Positions 9,128-17,665 of a stretch of 64,000 nt of DNA are shown here, piece by piece; position 1 is the stretch's first letter, and each line of letters starts with the position of its first letter. The stretch covers positions 10,752-74,751 of the forward strand of contig JAHJHG010000006.1 in the NCBI GenBank assembly GCA_018823885.1, written 5' to 3'. The notes below the pieces were generated by a model, which was not told where the DNA came from, did no database searches, and saw only the letters and a list, made by a program, of their open reading frames with translations. The DNA comes from Patescibacteria group bacterium (GTDB taxonomy: Bacteria; Patescibacteriota; Microgenomatia; UBA8517). Position numbers and translations under genes: made by a program.

Positions 9128-12076
9128 ATGGCAATACAAAACGATTTTACAGTCTACCCTACATCAAAAGTAATTAGGCATACTTCTGGAACAACCGTTT
9201 ACTCAGCGGTTGCTTTCTACTCCTGGTTAATGAACACTTTTGACGAGCCAGGATACTTGACCTATGAAACCCCGATAAGGTTCAACACACCAACTTCGTT
9301 CACGATGATTAATGGCTGGTTTCTAGACGATGGGGATGGCAATCCCGCTGACACGGAAGATGGCCACATTCTTAAATATATAACTGGTGGTGGTATTGAT
9401 ACCTCCGGTTATGCCACAGTTTCTGATCCTATCTATATGGCAGACCTGGCTACTTCTACAGTCGATTTTGTCTACACAGATAAAGACCTACAAGTAACGT
9501 CTGGAGCAGCCGTGGGCCCACTACTGGCCTATAAAAATGATTACCCCACTTCCGCCCGCATTCGTATTTGGGTCAGAGATACTGAATCACACGGAGCACT
9601 CGCCACATCAACTGTCACAGAGGTCACCACTGCGGGAGGTTCGGGAACGGGTACTACTGATGGCACCACAGCATCTGTAAGCGGTGATGAGATTTACCAC
9701 AATCTGTTTACCATTGCGTCCTTTCCAACTGACGTTTATCCCCAGGTATATGTCTATCAACGACACCCTGTAACAACACAAAGTTATAACACCAGAGTCC
9801 GCATAGCGGAGTGGTCTGGTTTTACCAACTGGGACAGAGGTTCGGATGGAATTGATGTCCTCATTCCAGTCAAGCTAGGTGGTACAGCTGTTGACGGTGG
9901 CAACCTTACAGCTTTCGTCCGCGAAACTGGCGACACCTACACTTTTGTTAAGTCTACACTGACATCATCAGGTAGAACCCCTATCGCTACTGAAACTTCC
10001 GCTGACGAGGTAAATATTACTGAAGGTGAACACTATTTGCTTTACGACGGTTCTGATACTGGCTCATTTTCCGCTGATGATGTCATTACCGACAGCGATG
10101 TTTCAACGGGTGTCCCCCCCTCCTGGTACGCCGAGGTAGTTGAGGTAGATGAATTTACTGCCACTGCCACCGGTTTGCTCACAATTCGGTCTTTGCACGG
10201 AACCATTTCAGACAATGACGATATTTATGTCACCGCTTATTCTGCTGGTGCACCGGTGAGCGTACTTGAGGGTACAGTTAATGGTACTGTGGGCGACACA
10301 CTTGTGACACACACTGGAGCTGGTACTGAACCGGTTATAGGAGACATTGATTTACCTTTTGAAGGGGGTACTAGTGGAGCACACCGAGTCTTGAGAGGGT
10401 ATGATAATGCTGAAAACAAGCTTGTTATGCAGGTATATCATACATTTGGCACTCTCGACTCTCAGGTTTATACCGGATCGGGCAGAGATGCTCTTTACAT
10501 AGATTTTTCATTAACTGAAGTAGTAGACGCTCCAGCCAGTGGTACTGGTCTCATGAGTGTAACCACATCAGCAGTTAGCACTACTTTAATCTCTGGATTT
10601 TCTGATGTCACAGTGGCTCATATGAACGGTACTGTAACAGTCAGTGGTATTGCCAACGGCCCACTTATTCTTGGAGATAGATTCACGTACAACACAGGGG
10701 CCCAATCTGGGATCTTAATTTATGCCGATAGCCTAACTGCCCCCACATCTCTCATGCTCGGGAATATTGATCCTGACAATGAACCAGATGCGTCAGACCA
10801 ATTTGCTTTCCAGCTCGCCGGATCTGGTGCATGTACTGTCGACTGTGACTCTGTTTTGACTGATAATAATTCACAAAATTTTGAATTTACTCTTCAATCG
10901 ACTGGGGCGCTTTACACTATTTTTATTGAAGGAGGATCCATTTACAACGCTGGTCGAAGTCTTGCCGATATCTATGCATATTTGCAATACTACGTTCGAG
11001 ACGGCCAGAATATATCCGAGAGAACTATCTATACCAGCGATGGCACTGCCATTACAAAATTAGCGGCCGAAGAATATATCAAGGCAGTCGATGTAACTGC
11101 TTATTCTGCAACCAAACCAGCACCGTTCGGAACCTTAGCTGGAACCACTTTCTTCGGTGCCCAAGGTGTGTGGCTGCAGGGCATGACAAGCACTGACAAC
11201 AACAACATAAAATTCATTGATGCTGGTACAAGCCCCACTTGGGTAGGAACTCTCCGAGAGCCTGATCCATCTATAAACTTAACGATAAGTAACACTAGGG
11301 TTGGCGATAGAATAGCAGTCTACCTAGAAAGTGGCTCTACTACTTTGCCTGACAAAGCTCAATACACGAGCCATGCCACACTTAATGCTCAAAGTGACTC
11401 AACTTTTGATAGAAATGCCTCTGATGGTGCATTCCCCATCGACACACCAACTTTTGGAACTTTTATCGCAGTTGCCACTGATGAAAGCGAGGAGCACAGA
11501 TATAGATATACTTCTTATAACGCAACTGGTGGTGGTGGTTCCGATGGACAATTAGTGTTACCGACTGAAAGGACGGGAACGGCGACAGCTGGTTCTACTG
11601 GACAAACTTTGGTAGCTTCGGCTGCAACGTTTGTTAGCTGGGTCGACCAGAATGGATTAACAACCCAAATTGGAGATATTATCAGAAGAACCAATAATGA
11701 GGGTGGGTGGGCGTATATCACCAGCATCGATTCAGAAACACAAGTTACGACAACACTATTTAACGCTGGCATCACTCAGGGTTGGGATGATACTGCAACA
11801 GCTGATACATTTGAGATGCTCTCTTTAGTGCAATTATATGATGACAGCGATACTTTCTTTATCCCTTATATGGACTTTAGAGAATCCGCTGGAACGGATG
11901 GTTCCCCGGGTTCAGAAACAGTAACAGTATTGTATTATGCAAATCGAGAAGTAGTAATTGAGGTTCGCAACGTCGAAGCTTCCACTCAGATTATTCCTTT
12001 CAAAACCACCGGAACTATTTCTTCAACAGGTTTGACTCAGTCTGTAATTAGAAACGAAGATACTGTTTACACTTAA
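9128..12076 (+). CDS. Large Thr/Gly/Ser/Asp-rich hypothetical structural protein (fibre/adhesin-like), no signal peptide
   Basis: The 982-aa ORF has a composition typical of beta-sandwich fibre or adhesin proteins. It shares its strand with the beta-helix genes, and no catalytic motifs were recognised. Confidence 0.55.
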   Translation: MAIQNDFTVYPTSKVIRHTSGTTVYSAVAFYSWLMNTFDEPGYLTYETPIRFNTPTSFTMINGWFLDDGDGNPADTEDGHILKYITGGGIDTSGYATVSDPIYMADLATSTVDFVYTDKDLQVTSGAAVGPLLAYKNDYPTSARIRIWVRDTESHGALATSTVTEVTTAGGSGTGTTDGTTASVSGDEIYHNLFTIASFPTDVYPQVYVYQRHPVTTQSYNTRVRIAEWSGFTNWDRGSDGIDVLIPVKLGGTAVDGGNLTAFVRETGDTYTFVKSTLTSSGRTPIATETSADEVNITEGEHYLLYDGSDTGSFSADDVITDSDVSTGVPPSWYAEVVEVDEFTATATGLLTIRSLHGTISDNDDIYVTAYSAGAPVSVLEGTVNGTVGDTLVTHTGAGTEPVIGDIDLPFEGGTSGAHRVLRGYDNAENKLVMQVYHTFGTLDSQVYTGSGRDALYIDFSLTEVVDAPASGTGLMSVTTSAVSTTLISGFSDVTVAHMNGTVTVSGIANGPLILGDRFTYNTGAQSGILIYADSLTAPTSLMLGNIDPDNEPDASDQFAFQLAGSGACTVDCDSVLTDNNSQNFEFTLQSTGALYTIFIEGGSIYNAGRSLADIYAYLQYYVRDGQNISERTIYTSDGTAITKLAAEEYIKAVDVTAYSATKPAPFGTLAGTTFFGAQGVWLQGMTSTDNNNIKFIDAGTSPTWVGTLREPDPSINLTISNTRVGDRIAVYLESGSTTLPDKAQYTSHATLNAQSDSTFDRNASDGAFPIDTPTFGTFIAVATDESEEHRYRYTSYNATGGGGSDGQLVLPTERTGTATAGSTGQTLVASAATFVSWVDQNGLTTQIGDIIRRTNNEGGWAYITSIDSETQVTTTLFNAGITQGWDDTATADTFEMLSLVQLYDDSDTFFIPYMDFRESAGTDGSPGSETVTVLYYANREVVIEVRNVEASTQIIPFKTTGTISSTGLTQSVIRNEDTVYT

Positions 12077-12082
12077 ACCCAA

Positions 12083-12565
12083 TTAGTTTGATTTTGAAGG
12101 AGATCTAAGCTTCTCTAAGATTATTCTCGTTTCAAGTGCTTTTTTAGTCTCACCTGTAAAATAATATACTTGGCCAAGATTATAGTATGCTTCCCGGTAC
12201 TTCGGATATATTTTAATCGCTCTTTTGTAAAAAAATTCAGCCTCCTTAAGTCGATCTGTACTCATGTAAACATTTCCCAAGTTATTATAGACTACTCCAC
12301 TATTCGGCTTTATTTTTAAAGCTTTGACATAAATATTTTCTGCTTCCTTAAAAAGCCCCGCACATTTATAGGCCACTCCAAGATTGCAGTAAGCCTTAAA
12401 GTAATCAGGCATAATTTTAATAGCCTGTTTATAACTGGCAATGGCTTTGGGATATTCCCTCTTTTTCAAAAAATCGTTGCCAGCCTGATAGTACACTTTT
12501 GCCTGCTGCTGCTTCATTTTGTAAATTGTACCATTTAAGATGACGAACACTTTGACTTCGAGCAA
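12083..12565 (-). CDS. Tetratricopeptide (TPR) repeat protein
   Basis: The 160-aa ORF contains about four 34-aa repeats with the W/LG/Y and A/F/AP signature (AIASYKQAIKIMPDYFKAYCNLGVAY...). Confidence 0.7.
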   Translation of the reverse strand: MLEVKVFVILNGTIYKMKQQQAKVYYQAGNDFLKKREYPKAIASYKQAIKIMPDYFKAYCNLGVAYKCAGLFKEAENIYVKALKIKPNSGVVYNNLGNVYMSTDRLKEAEFFYKRAIKIYPKYREAYYNLGQVYYFTGETKKALETRIILEKLRSPSKSN

Positions 12566-12657
12566 TCTGCTGCTACAGGCGATTATTATTAGTTTAAGCT
12601 CCTAATGCCGTTAACAACTAGATTTGAAGGAATTCTTCCGACATAATAGTATGAGTT

Positions 12658-13977
12658 ATGGCAATAAGAGTAAATCCTTACGTTAGCCCTAGAATTATAG
12701 AGGTTCAAGCACCCCTTACAGAAATCTCTATTCAAGACTTAACTGACCAAATAAAAGACTGGGAAGACGAACCAGCCGATCTTGCCTTTCCTATTTTGAT
12801 TAGAACGTACGGAAAACAACCTCTTGGTGGCGGATCTTTCGTGGGAATAACAGCTGTATTACAAAACGCAAAAATTTCTTTTGAAGCTAGGGACGGATTA
12901 GATACTCCACCCGAGGTTTTATGTACTATCTCCGGAGGAAATTTAGTTGCCGTTGACGATGTTGGTGCCTCAATGAACCCTATTCACCCAACTGCTTATA
13001 CTCAAGTTGTTATTGCCCAGTCAACCTCTCCTTCTATTATTACTCCACCCGAAGACCTTAACATGCTTTACCTTATTGAATCTCTAAGAGGTACTGGTAA
13101 ATCTTTGGGGAGTATTTTCTACTGGGATCCGGAAGGTGGAAGCGATACAAACGATGGGAGCCAACCTAGTGAAGCTGTTCAAACCTTTGCCGCAGCACAG
13201 GCATTGACGACAGCCGGAGCGGGAGATATTATTTTTGCTCTCTCAACCCACTCAAGTGGAATCACAACTACCTCTGAAAAACTAAGCATTACTACCGCGG
13301 GCCTGAAAGTAAGAGGCCCTGGCTACAGACTTCAATTGATTCCATCGGCCACCGGTTCCCCTACCGTCAATATCTCAGCCAACTCTGCTGAATTTGAGGG
13401 TTTTTATATCGAAACGAAGAGTGGAGGAACAGACAACGGAATCACAGCGACTGGAAATAATGTGGTGATTAAAGACTGTTGGGTAAATTCTGCCACTGGT
13501 AATGGAATTGATATTTCCTCGACCAGTAGAACTGAAATTAATACTTGCGTGATTGAAGAGAGTGTTGGTTACGGAATCAATGTGGGGGCAACAACAAGTC
13601 TCTCAACAATTCGAAAATGTATCATCTCTGGCAACTCCGAAGGAGTATATATTGCGGGGGCCAGCATTACGGACAACATATTGGAAAACAATATAATTTA
13701 CAACAACACGACCAGCGGAATTGAAATTGGCAACGGAGTGGTCAGAACCGGGATTCGATTGCATCATACTTTTGCCGCCAATAACCCCAATATCACTGAC
13801 GATGGAACAGGGACTTATCAAGACACATCAGGGACAATCGAGCAAGGGGATATCGACAACATTGTTAGTGGGGTTTGGGATGAAGTAATTTCAGCTACAG
13901 CTCATGCGGGTGCCGGAAGTGCCGGAAAGACATTGAGGGACGCGAAAACGAAAGCCACCCTTGCTTCCCTTAAGTAA
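12658..13977 (+). CDS. Right-handed parallel beta-helix repeat protein (second tailspike-like paralog)
   Basis: The 439-aa ORF has consecutive beta-helix rungs (NGITATGNNVVIKDCWVNSATGNGIDISSTSRTEINTCVIEESVGYGINVGATTS...CIISGNSEGVYIAGASITDNILENNIIYNNTTSGIEIGNG). There is no signal peptide. Confidence 0.65.
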   Translation: MAIRVNPYVSPRIIEVQAPLTEISIQDLTDQIKDWEDEPADLAFPILIRTYGKQPLGGGSFVGITAVLQNAKISFEARDGLDTPPEVLCTISGGNLVAVDDVGASMNPIHPTAYTQVVIAQSTSPSIITPPEDLNMLYLIESLRGTGKSLGSIFYWDPEGGSDTNDGSQPSEAVQTFAAAQALTTAGAGDIIFALSTHSSGITTTSEKLSITTAGLKVRGPGYRLQLIPSATGSPTVNISANSAEFEGFYIETKSGGTDNGITATGNNVVIKDCWVNSATGNGIDISSTSRTEINTCVIEESVGYGINVGATTSLSTIRKCIISGNSEGVYIAGASITDNILENNIIYNNTTSGIEIGNGVVRTGIRLHHTFAANNPNITDDGTGTYQDTSGTIEQGDIDNIVSGVWDEVISATAHAGAGSAGKTLRDAKTKATLASLK

Positions 13978-14512
13978 TATGAGCTATCTCTAACTCGTAG
14001 GCCATTTTTTCTCCTATAAATTTAATCTTTGCGAGCTCTACCTCATTCAACTCTTCATTGGCTCCACCAATTCCAATTCTTACTTTCCAGAAATCTTTGC
14101 TGTTTAATTTCTTCTCCATTTTCAAAATTGCTTCCGGGGCAGAACCTAAATTTTTACTTATATCAAACTGGCCAAAAGTAAGGTTTTCGTCAGGATAAAT
14201 AATATAAAAGTCTTCGGGAATCACTCTGTAAAACGCGTAGAGACCAAAGGCAACATCATCAAACTTGTCTGTAGGGGTCCTAGGCTTAACCACCATCGTC
14301 AAAGGATTCAGATTGGTAGTCATGAGCATATATTTTGATCTCATCGCCCAGCCGCTTACCATGGCGTTAGGATATAGCTTTCTCACTTTTTCCACGGCAT
14401 AATCAATAATCATATAACCCACATTGCTTCGGGCTTTTGCATACCGTATTCCGGGGTTCCCGTAAGCAATAATCAGTCTTACTTTTTCCTCTATATTCTT
14501 TTCCTCTGTCAT
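13970..14512 (-). CDS. Divergent peptidyl-tRNA hydrolase (Pth)-like paralog with the catalytic His position substituted
   Basis: The 180-aa ORF aligns by eye to the canonical Pth in this same window: N-terminus LIIAYGNPGIRYAKARSNVGYMIIDY against [26 protein letters not shown], and C-terminal motif DFWKVRIGIGG against DFWRVRIGVDN. The His of the conserved R-H-N motif reads Ser here (ARSN). Confidence 0.6.
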   Translation of the reverse strand: MTEEKNIEEKVRLIIAYGNPGIRYAKARSNVGYMIIDYAVEKVRKLYPNAMVSGWAMRSKYMLMTTNLNPLTMVVKPRTPTDKFDDVAFGLYAFYRVIPEDFYIIYPDENLTFGQFDISKNLGSAPEAILKMEKKLNSKDFWKVRIGIGGANEELNEVELAKIKFIGEKMAYELEIAHIT

Positions 14513-14599
14513 CTCTTTTAAGTCCCCATTCTTTCAAAATATGATAGCATTTTTTCCCCTCTTGCTTTTGGAAAATATTTCTTTTACCATCTTACTAGA

Positions 14600-14791
14600 A
14601 TGCCAGCCTTCTTAAAAAACATCGGAGCAGTCGAGCTCATCATCATTGCCCTCATTCTTGTTCTTCTTTTCGGAGGTAAAAAGTTTAAGGAATTAGCTCG
14701 TGGACTTGGAGAGTCAAAACACGAAGCGAAAAAACTTAAAGAAGAAATTATAGGCAAGGGCAAGAAGGATTCTGAAGAAGACGCTTCTTGA
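14600..14791 (+). CDS. tatA: Twin-arginine translocase subunit TatA/E family (copy 1, subtype a)
   Basis: The 63-aa product has a single N-terminal TM helix (GAVELIIIALILVLLFGGKKF) followed by an amphipathic basic helix. This is the classic TatA architecture. Confidence 0.8.
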   Translation: MPAFLKNIGAVELIIIALILVLLFGGKKFKELARGLGESKHEAKKLKEEIIGKGKKDSEEDAS

Positions 14792-14841
14792 CTAGTTGCC
14801 ACAAACAAGTAAGAATTAATAAGTAAGGGAGGTGGTAGATA

Positions 14842-14985
14842 GTGATCAAGAATCTAGGAACAACTGAACTAATAATTATCGCTTTAATCTTAATACTTCT
14901 ATTTGGTGGCAAAAAGATACCTGAGTTTATAAAGGGTGTCGGAGAGGCTGTTAAAGAATTCCGAAAGGCGTCTAAAGAAGACTAA
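14842..14985 (+). CDS. tatA: TatA family protein (copy 2, subtype b), GTG start
   Basis: The 47-aa product reads VIKNLGTTELIIIALILILLFGGKKIPEFIKGVGEAVKEFRKASKED. An AAGGGAGG RBS lies 10 nt upstream. An in-frame stop lies immediately upstream of the GTG, so no ATG start is possible. The product is too short for the ORF track. Confidence 0.65.
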   Translation: MIKNLGTTELIIIALILILLFGGKKIPEFIKGVGEAVKEFRKASKED

Positions 14986-14991
14986 TTTTCT

Positions 14992-15198
14992 ATGCTAAAA
15001 AACTTAGGAACGGTTGAATTTGTGGTTATCGGAGTAATCGCAGTTCTTTTGTTTGGAAGCAAAAGAATAACAGATGTGGCCAAAGGCCTGGGCAAGTCAA
15101 CAAAGGAATTCAAAAAAGCACAAAGTGAATACGAAAAAACAGTTAACAAAGATGTCTCCGAAGAAGAGTCGGAAGACAAAGATAAGGAGGTGACATAG
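14992..15198 (+). CDS. tatA: TatA family protein (copy 3, subtype a)
   Basis: The 68-aa product begins MLKNLGTVEFVVIGVIAVLLFGSKRITDVAKGLGKSTKEFKK. Confidence 0.8.
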   Translation: MLKNLGTVEFVVIGVIAVLLFGSKRITDVAKGLGKSTKEFKKAQSEYEKTVNKDVSEEESEDKDKEVT

Positions 15199-15351
15199 AT
15201 GTTTGGAAAACTTGGAGCATTAGAATTAATTATTATCGCTTTTGTCTTAATCCTACTTTTCGGTGGCAAAAAGATCCCTGAATTAGTTCGCGGAATCGGT
15301 GAGGCCGTTCGTGAATTTAAAAAGGGTGCCAAAGAAGAAAAAAAAGATTAA
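15199..15351 (+). CDS. tatA: TatA family protein (copy 4, subtype b)
   Basis: The 50-aa product reads MFGKLGALELIIIAFVLILLFGGKKIPELVRGIGEAVREFKKGAKEEKKD. A GGAGGTG RBS sits 6 nt upstream. The sequence was found by manual translation. Confidence 0.75.
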   Translation: MFGKLGALELIIIAFVLILLFGGKKIPELVRGIGEAVREFKKGAKEEKKD

Positions 15352-15412
15352 ATTACTCCTCTTGCACATATCCCCCTGTTTAACTTATCATTAGACAAAT
15401 TAGCTTTTATCT

Positions 15413-15577
15413 ATGTTAAATAACGTTGGACCGGCTGAAATGATAATCATTGGTATTGTGGCTCTTTTCCTTTTCGGAAACAAGAAACTGTCCGAATTGG
15501 CTCGAGGCCTCGGGGAGTCAACTAAAGAATTTAAAAAGATTAAAAAAGACATTGGAAAAGAAATTGATACAGACTAA
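15413..15577 (+). CDS. tatA: TatA family protein (copy 5, subtype a)
   Basis: The 54-aa product reads MLNNVGPAEMIIIGIVALFLFGNKKLSELARGLGESTKEFKKIKKDIGKEIDTD. It was found by manual translation. Confidence 0.75.
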   Translation: MLNNVGPAEMIIIGIVALFLFGNKKLSELARGLGESTKEFKKIKKDIGKEIDTD

Positions 15578-15609
15578 TAAATATTTAAGACCGGAAGGGG
15601 GTGTTATAA

Positions 15610-15762
15610 ATGCCTAGTCGATTTGGAGCATTAGAAATTGCCATTATCGCTTTGATTCTTATATTGCTTTTTGGTGGTAAAAAGATCCCTGAATTAATAA
15701 AGGGGGTCGGAAAAGGAATCCGAGAGTATCGCAAAGCGTCAAAAGAAGAGAAAAAGGAATAA
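15610..15762 (+). CDS. tatA: TatA family protein (copy 6, subtype b)
   Basis: The 50-aa product reads MPSRFGALEIAIIALILILLFGGKKIPELIKGVGKGIREYRKASKEEKKE. A GGAAGGGGG RBS lies upstream, and the stop abuts the tatC ATG. Confidence 0.75.
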   Translation: MPSRFGALEIAIIALILILLFGGKKIPELIKGVGKGIREYRKASKEEKKE

Positions 15763-16506
15763 ATGGACGATATATATAATCGCTTCTTCCCGTACCTTAT
15801 GGAGGTTCGAAAAAGGCTGTTTTTTATAGCCTCTATTTTTCTTATTTCATCCGCCCTGGGTTTCATCTATTACGAGAAGATAATCACCACCAGCCTGGGT
15901 ATTTTTAATCTTGAGGGAATAAATATTGTTTTTACCTCTCCTTTTCAATTTTTAGAACTTTCAATTAATTCCGGCCTCCTGGTCGGTTTGATTGCTGTTT
16001 TCCCTCTGATAATAGTTCAGGTCCTGTCATTCTTAAAACCCGCCTTAAAGAAAAGCGAATTTAAGCTGGTTATTTCTCTCTTGCCCTTAAGTATCTTTCT
16101 TTTTATCTTCGGATTTACCTACGGCATCTTTATCATGAGATATGTCTTGGTTATCTTCTATGAGAAGTCCTTAGCGCTTTCCATTGGCAACTTCTTAGAT
16201 GTTAGCAAGTTCCTCTCTCAGATTCTGCTTACCTCGGCTCTAATGGGCCTAGCCTTCCAATTTCCTGTTATCTTGACAGTCCTAATGCGCCTAAGAGTAA
16301 TAACGTATAGCGCCCTTTCAAAACAAAGAATGATCGCTTACTCCTCCTCAATTATCTTTGCCGCCTTTTTGCCACCTACCGACCTGCTCTCTCTTGCCCT
16401 TTTAACAGTCCCTCTTGTAATACTTTTCGAAACTACGCTATTATTAAACAAGGTGGTATTCAAAGCCCCCCTTAAACCAAAAAAGGAGGTGAAACGTAAT
16501 GTTTAA
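15763..16506 (+). CDS. tatC: Twin-arginine translocase subunit TatC
   Basis: The 247-aa product has 6 predicted TM helices. It shows TatC-like conserved stretches (FLKPAL, PPTDLLS), and its ATG sits 1 nt after the stop of the sixth tatA. Confidence 0.85.
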   Translation: MDDIYNRFFPYLMEVRKRLFFIASIFLISSALGFIYYEKIITTSLGIFNLEGINIVFTSPFQFLELSINSGLLVGLIAVFPLIIVQVLSFLKPALKKSEFKLVISLLPLSIFLFIFGFTYGIFIMRYVLVIFYEKSLALSIGNFLDVSKFLSQILLTSALMGLAFQFPVILTVLMRLRVITYSALSKQRMIAYSSSIIFAAFLPPTDLLSLALLTVPLVILFETTLLLNKVVFKAPLKPKKEVKRNV

Positions 16507-16657
16507 AACAATTGGATCAACAGAACTACTAATAATTGCCATAATATTACTTATTCTTTTTGGAGGAAGAAAGCTTCCAGAGCTTGGAAAAGGAATGGGA
16601 GAATCTGTAAAGGAATTTAGAAAATCTTTAAAGAAAGAACCTAAAACCAAAAAGTAA
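16499..16657 (+). CDS. tatA: TatA family protein (copy 7)
   Basis: The 52-aa product reads MFKTIGSTELLIIAIILLILFGGRKLPELGKGMGESVKEFRKSLKKEPKTKK. It overlaps the tatC stop by 8 nt, and an AAAGGAGGTG RBS lies inside the tatC 3' end. Confidence 0.75.
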   Translation: MFKTIGSTELLIIAIILLILFGGRKLPELGKGMGESVKEFRKSLKKEPKTKK

Positions 16658-16662
16658 TTCCT

Positions 16663-17046
16663 TTGCTAACCCCTCTACTCGCCTTAATAGCACCATTCAT
16701 TGTTTGGCCTATTGAGTTAATATTGCCATATCCTCACATCATTGAGGAGTTGGCAAAAGCGGTTCTTGTTTTTACCCTACTGGATCTTCCGGATCGTTTA
16801 ACGAAAATCAAACTTACGATCTTAATCGGAGTACTTTTTGCATTCTCCGAATCAGTCCTCTATCTTTTCAATATTCAAATGGTCGGCATTATGCGGACAT
16901 ATTTTGTCAGACTTCTTGTCACCATTCCACTTCATGTCATCACAACATTAATCATTTTATTACCGGCCCTGAAAAATAAGAAATTAATTATTGTCGGAGT
17001 TTTATTTGCTTCCCTAATCCACTACCTCTTCAATTTATACATCTAA
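16663..17046 (+). CDS. Small integral membrane protein (about 4 TM helices)
   Basis: The 127-aa ORF is hydrophobic throughout and lies directly downstream of the tat array. Confidence 0.4.
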   Translation: MLTPLLALIAPFIVWPIELILPYPHIIEELAKAVLVFTLLDLPDRLTKIKLTILIGVLFAFSESVLYLFNIQMVGIMRTYFVRLLVTIPLHVITTLIILLPALKNKKLIIVGVLFASLIHYLFNLYI

Positions 17047-17107
17047 TAACAGTAAACAAGAGATACATTGATAAATAGTTGGCTATACTATTATATATAT
17101 TGATATA

Positions 17108-17608
17108 TTATAGTTGCCAAGATAAGAAGGCAGTGCTCAAATCTTCATCTGAAAAATCCTGAATGATATTTGCTTTCTTCTTTTTATAAAAATTTAGAGC
17201 GGCCGGACTTCTATCACTAACATATGCATAGATTTCTCTAATCCCCTTATCTTTTGTAAAAGCTAATACTTTTTCAAATAATTTATTGCTGTACCCCTCT
17301 CCTCTAAGTTCTGGTTTGACATACATGTACATCAACTCAAACGGATCTGGGTCCATCTGAAAATCATTCTTAACCCATCCTTCTTCTTTAAAGGTCTGTC
17401 CCCACACTTTCATTTTGGCTGGTGAGTGACCAATAACCACAAAGCCAATTCTTTCTCCTTTTTTGTTTTCTTGAAAAATAACATATACCTTGGAGTTTCT
17501 TTCCTCGTCGCTTAAATCAAATTCCTTATTTATTCTTTTAACAAAATGTGAATAGGCTTTATCATCGCCAACAATATCAGCGATCTCCCGTATCTCGTCT
17601 CTGCTCAT
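17108..17608 (-). CDS. GNAT family N-acetyltransferase
   Basis: The 166-aa ORF has an acetyl-CoA-binding motif A-like segment (RGEGYSNKLFEKVLAFTKDKG) and GNAT-like topology. Confidence 0.65.
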   Translation of the reverse strand: MSRDEIREIADIVGDDKAYSHFVKRINKEFDLSDEERNSKVYVIFQENKKGERIGFVVIGHSPAKMKVWGQTFKEEGWVKNDFQMDPDPFELMYMYVKPELRGEGYSNKLFEKVLAFTKDKGIREIYAYVSDRSPAALNFYKKKKANIIQDFSDEDLSTAFLSWQL

Positions 17609-17665
17609 AAAACTATTATGAAACAGGAAAGAATAATTAGAAAGTATTAATTGAAGTCTTACTTA

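Larger units (their letters stand above)
14600..15762 (+). repeat. Tandemly triplicated two-gene unit (tatA subtype a + tatA subtype b) x 3
   Basis: Near-identical DNA segments recur at a period of about 400 bp, for example ttttggtggcaaaaagatccctgaatta at 15250 and 15668, with a variant at 14893. The encoded proteins alternate between two sequence subtypes. Confidence 0.7.

Noticed and set aside
5934-13977. Calling the beta-helix cluster a prophage
   Set aside because: No integrase, terminase, portal, capsid, sheath or tube genes, and no att repeats, were seen. Only the tailspike-like fold supports a phage origin, so I kept it as a finding, not a mobile_element feature.
14584-16650. Minus-strand ORFs 14584..14808, 14982..15332, 15585..15866 and 16444..16650 with recurring ...SGIFLPPKS.. 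peptides
   Set aside because: They are the antisense shadow of the repeated tatA genes, so the same repeat yields similar antisense peptides. The plus-strand TatA reading frames have RBSs and the canonical TatA architecture.
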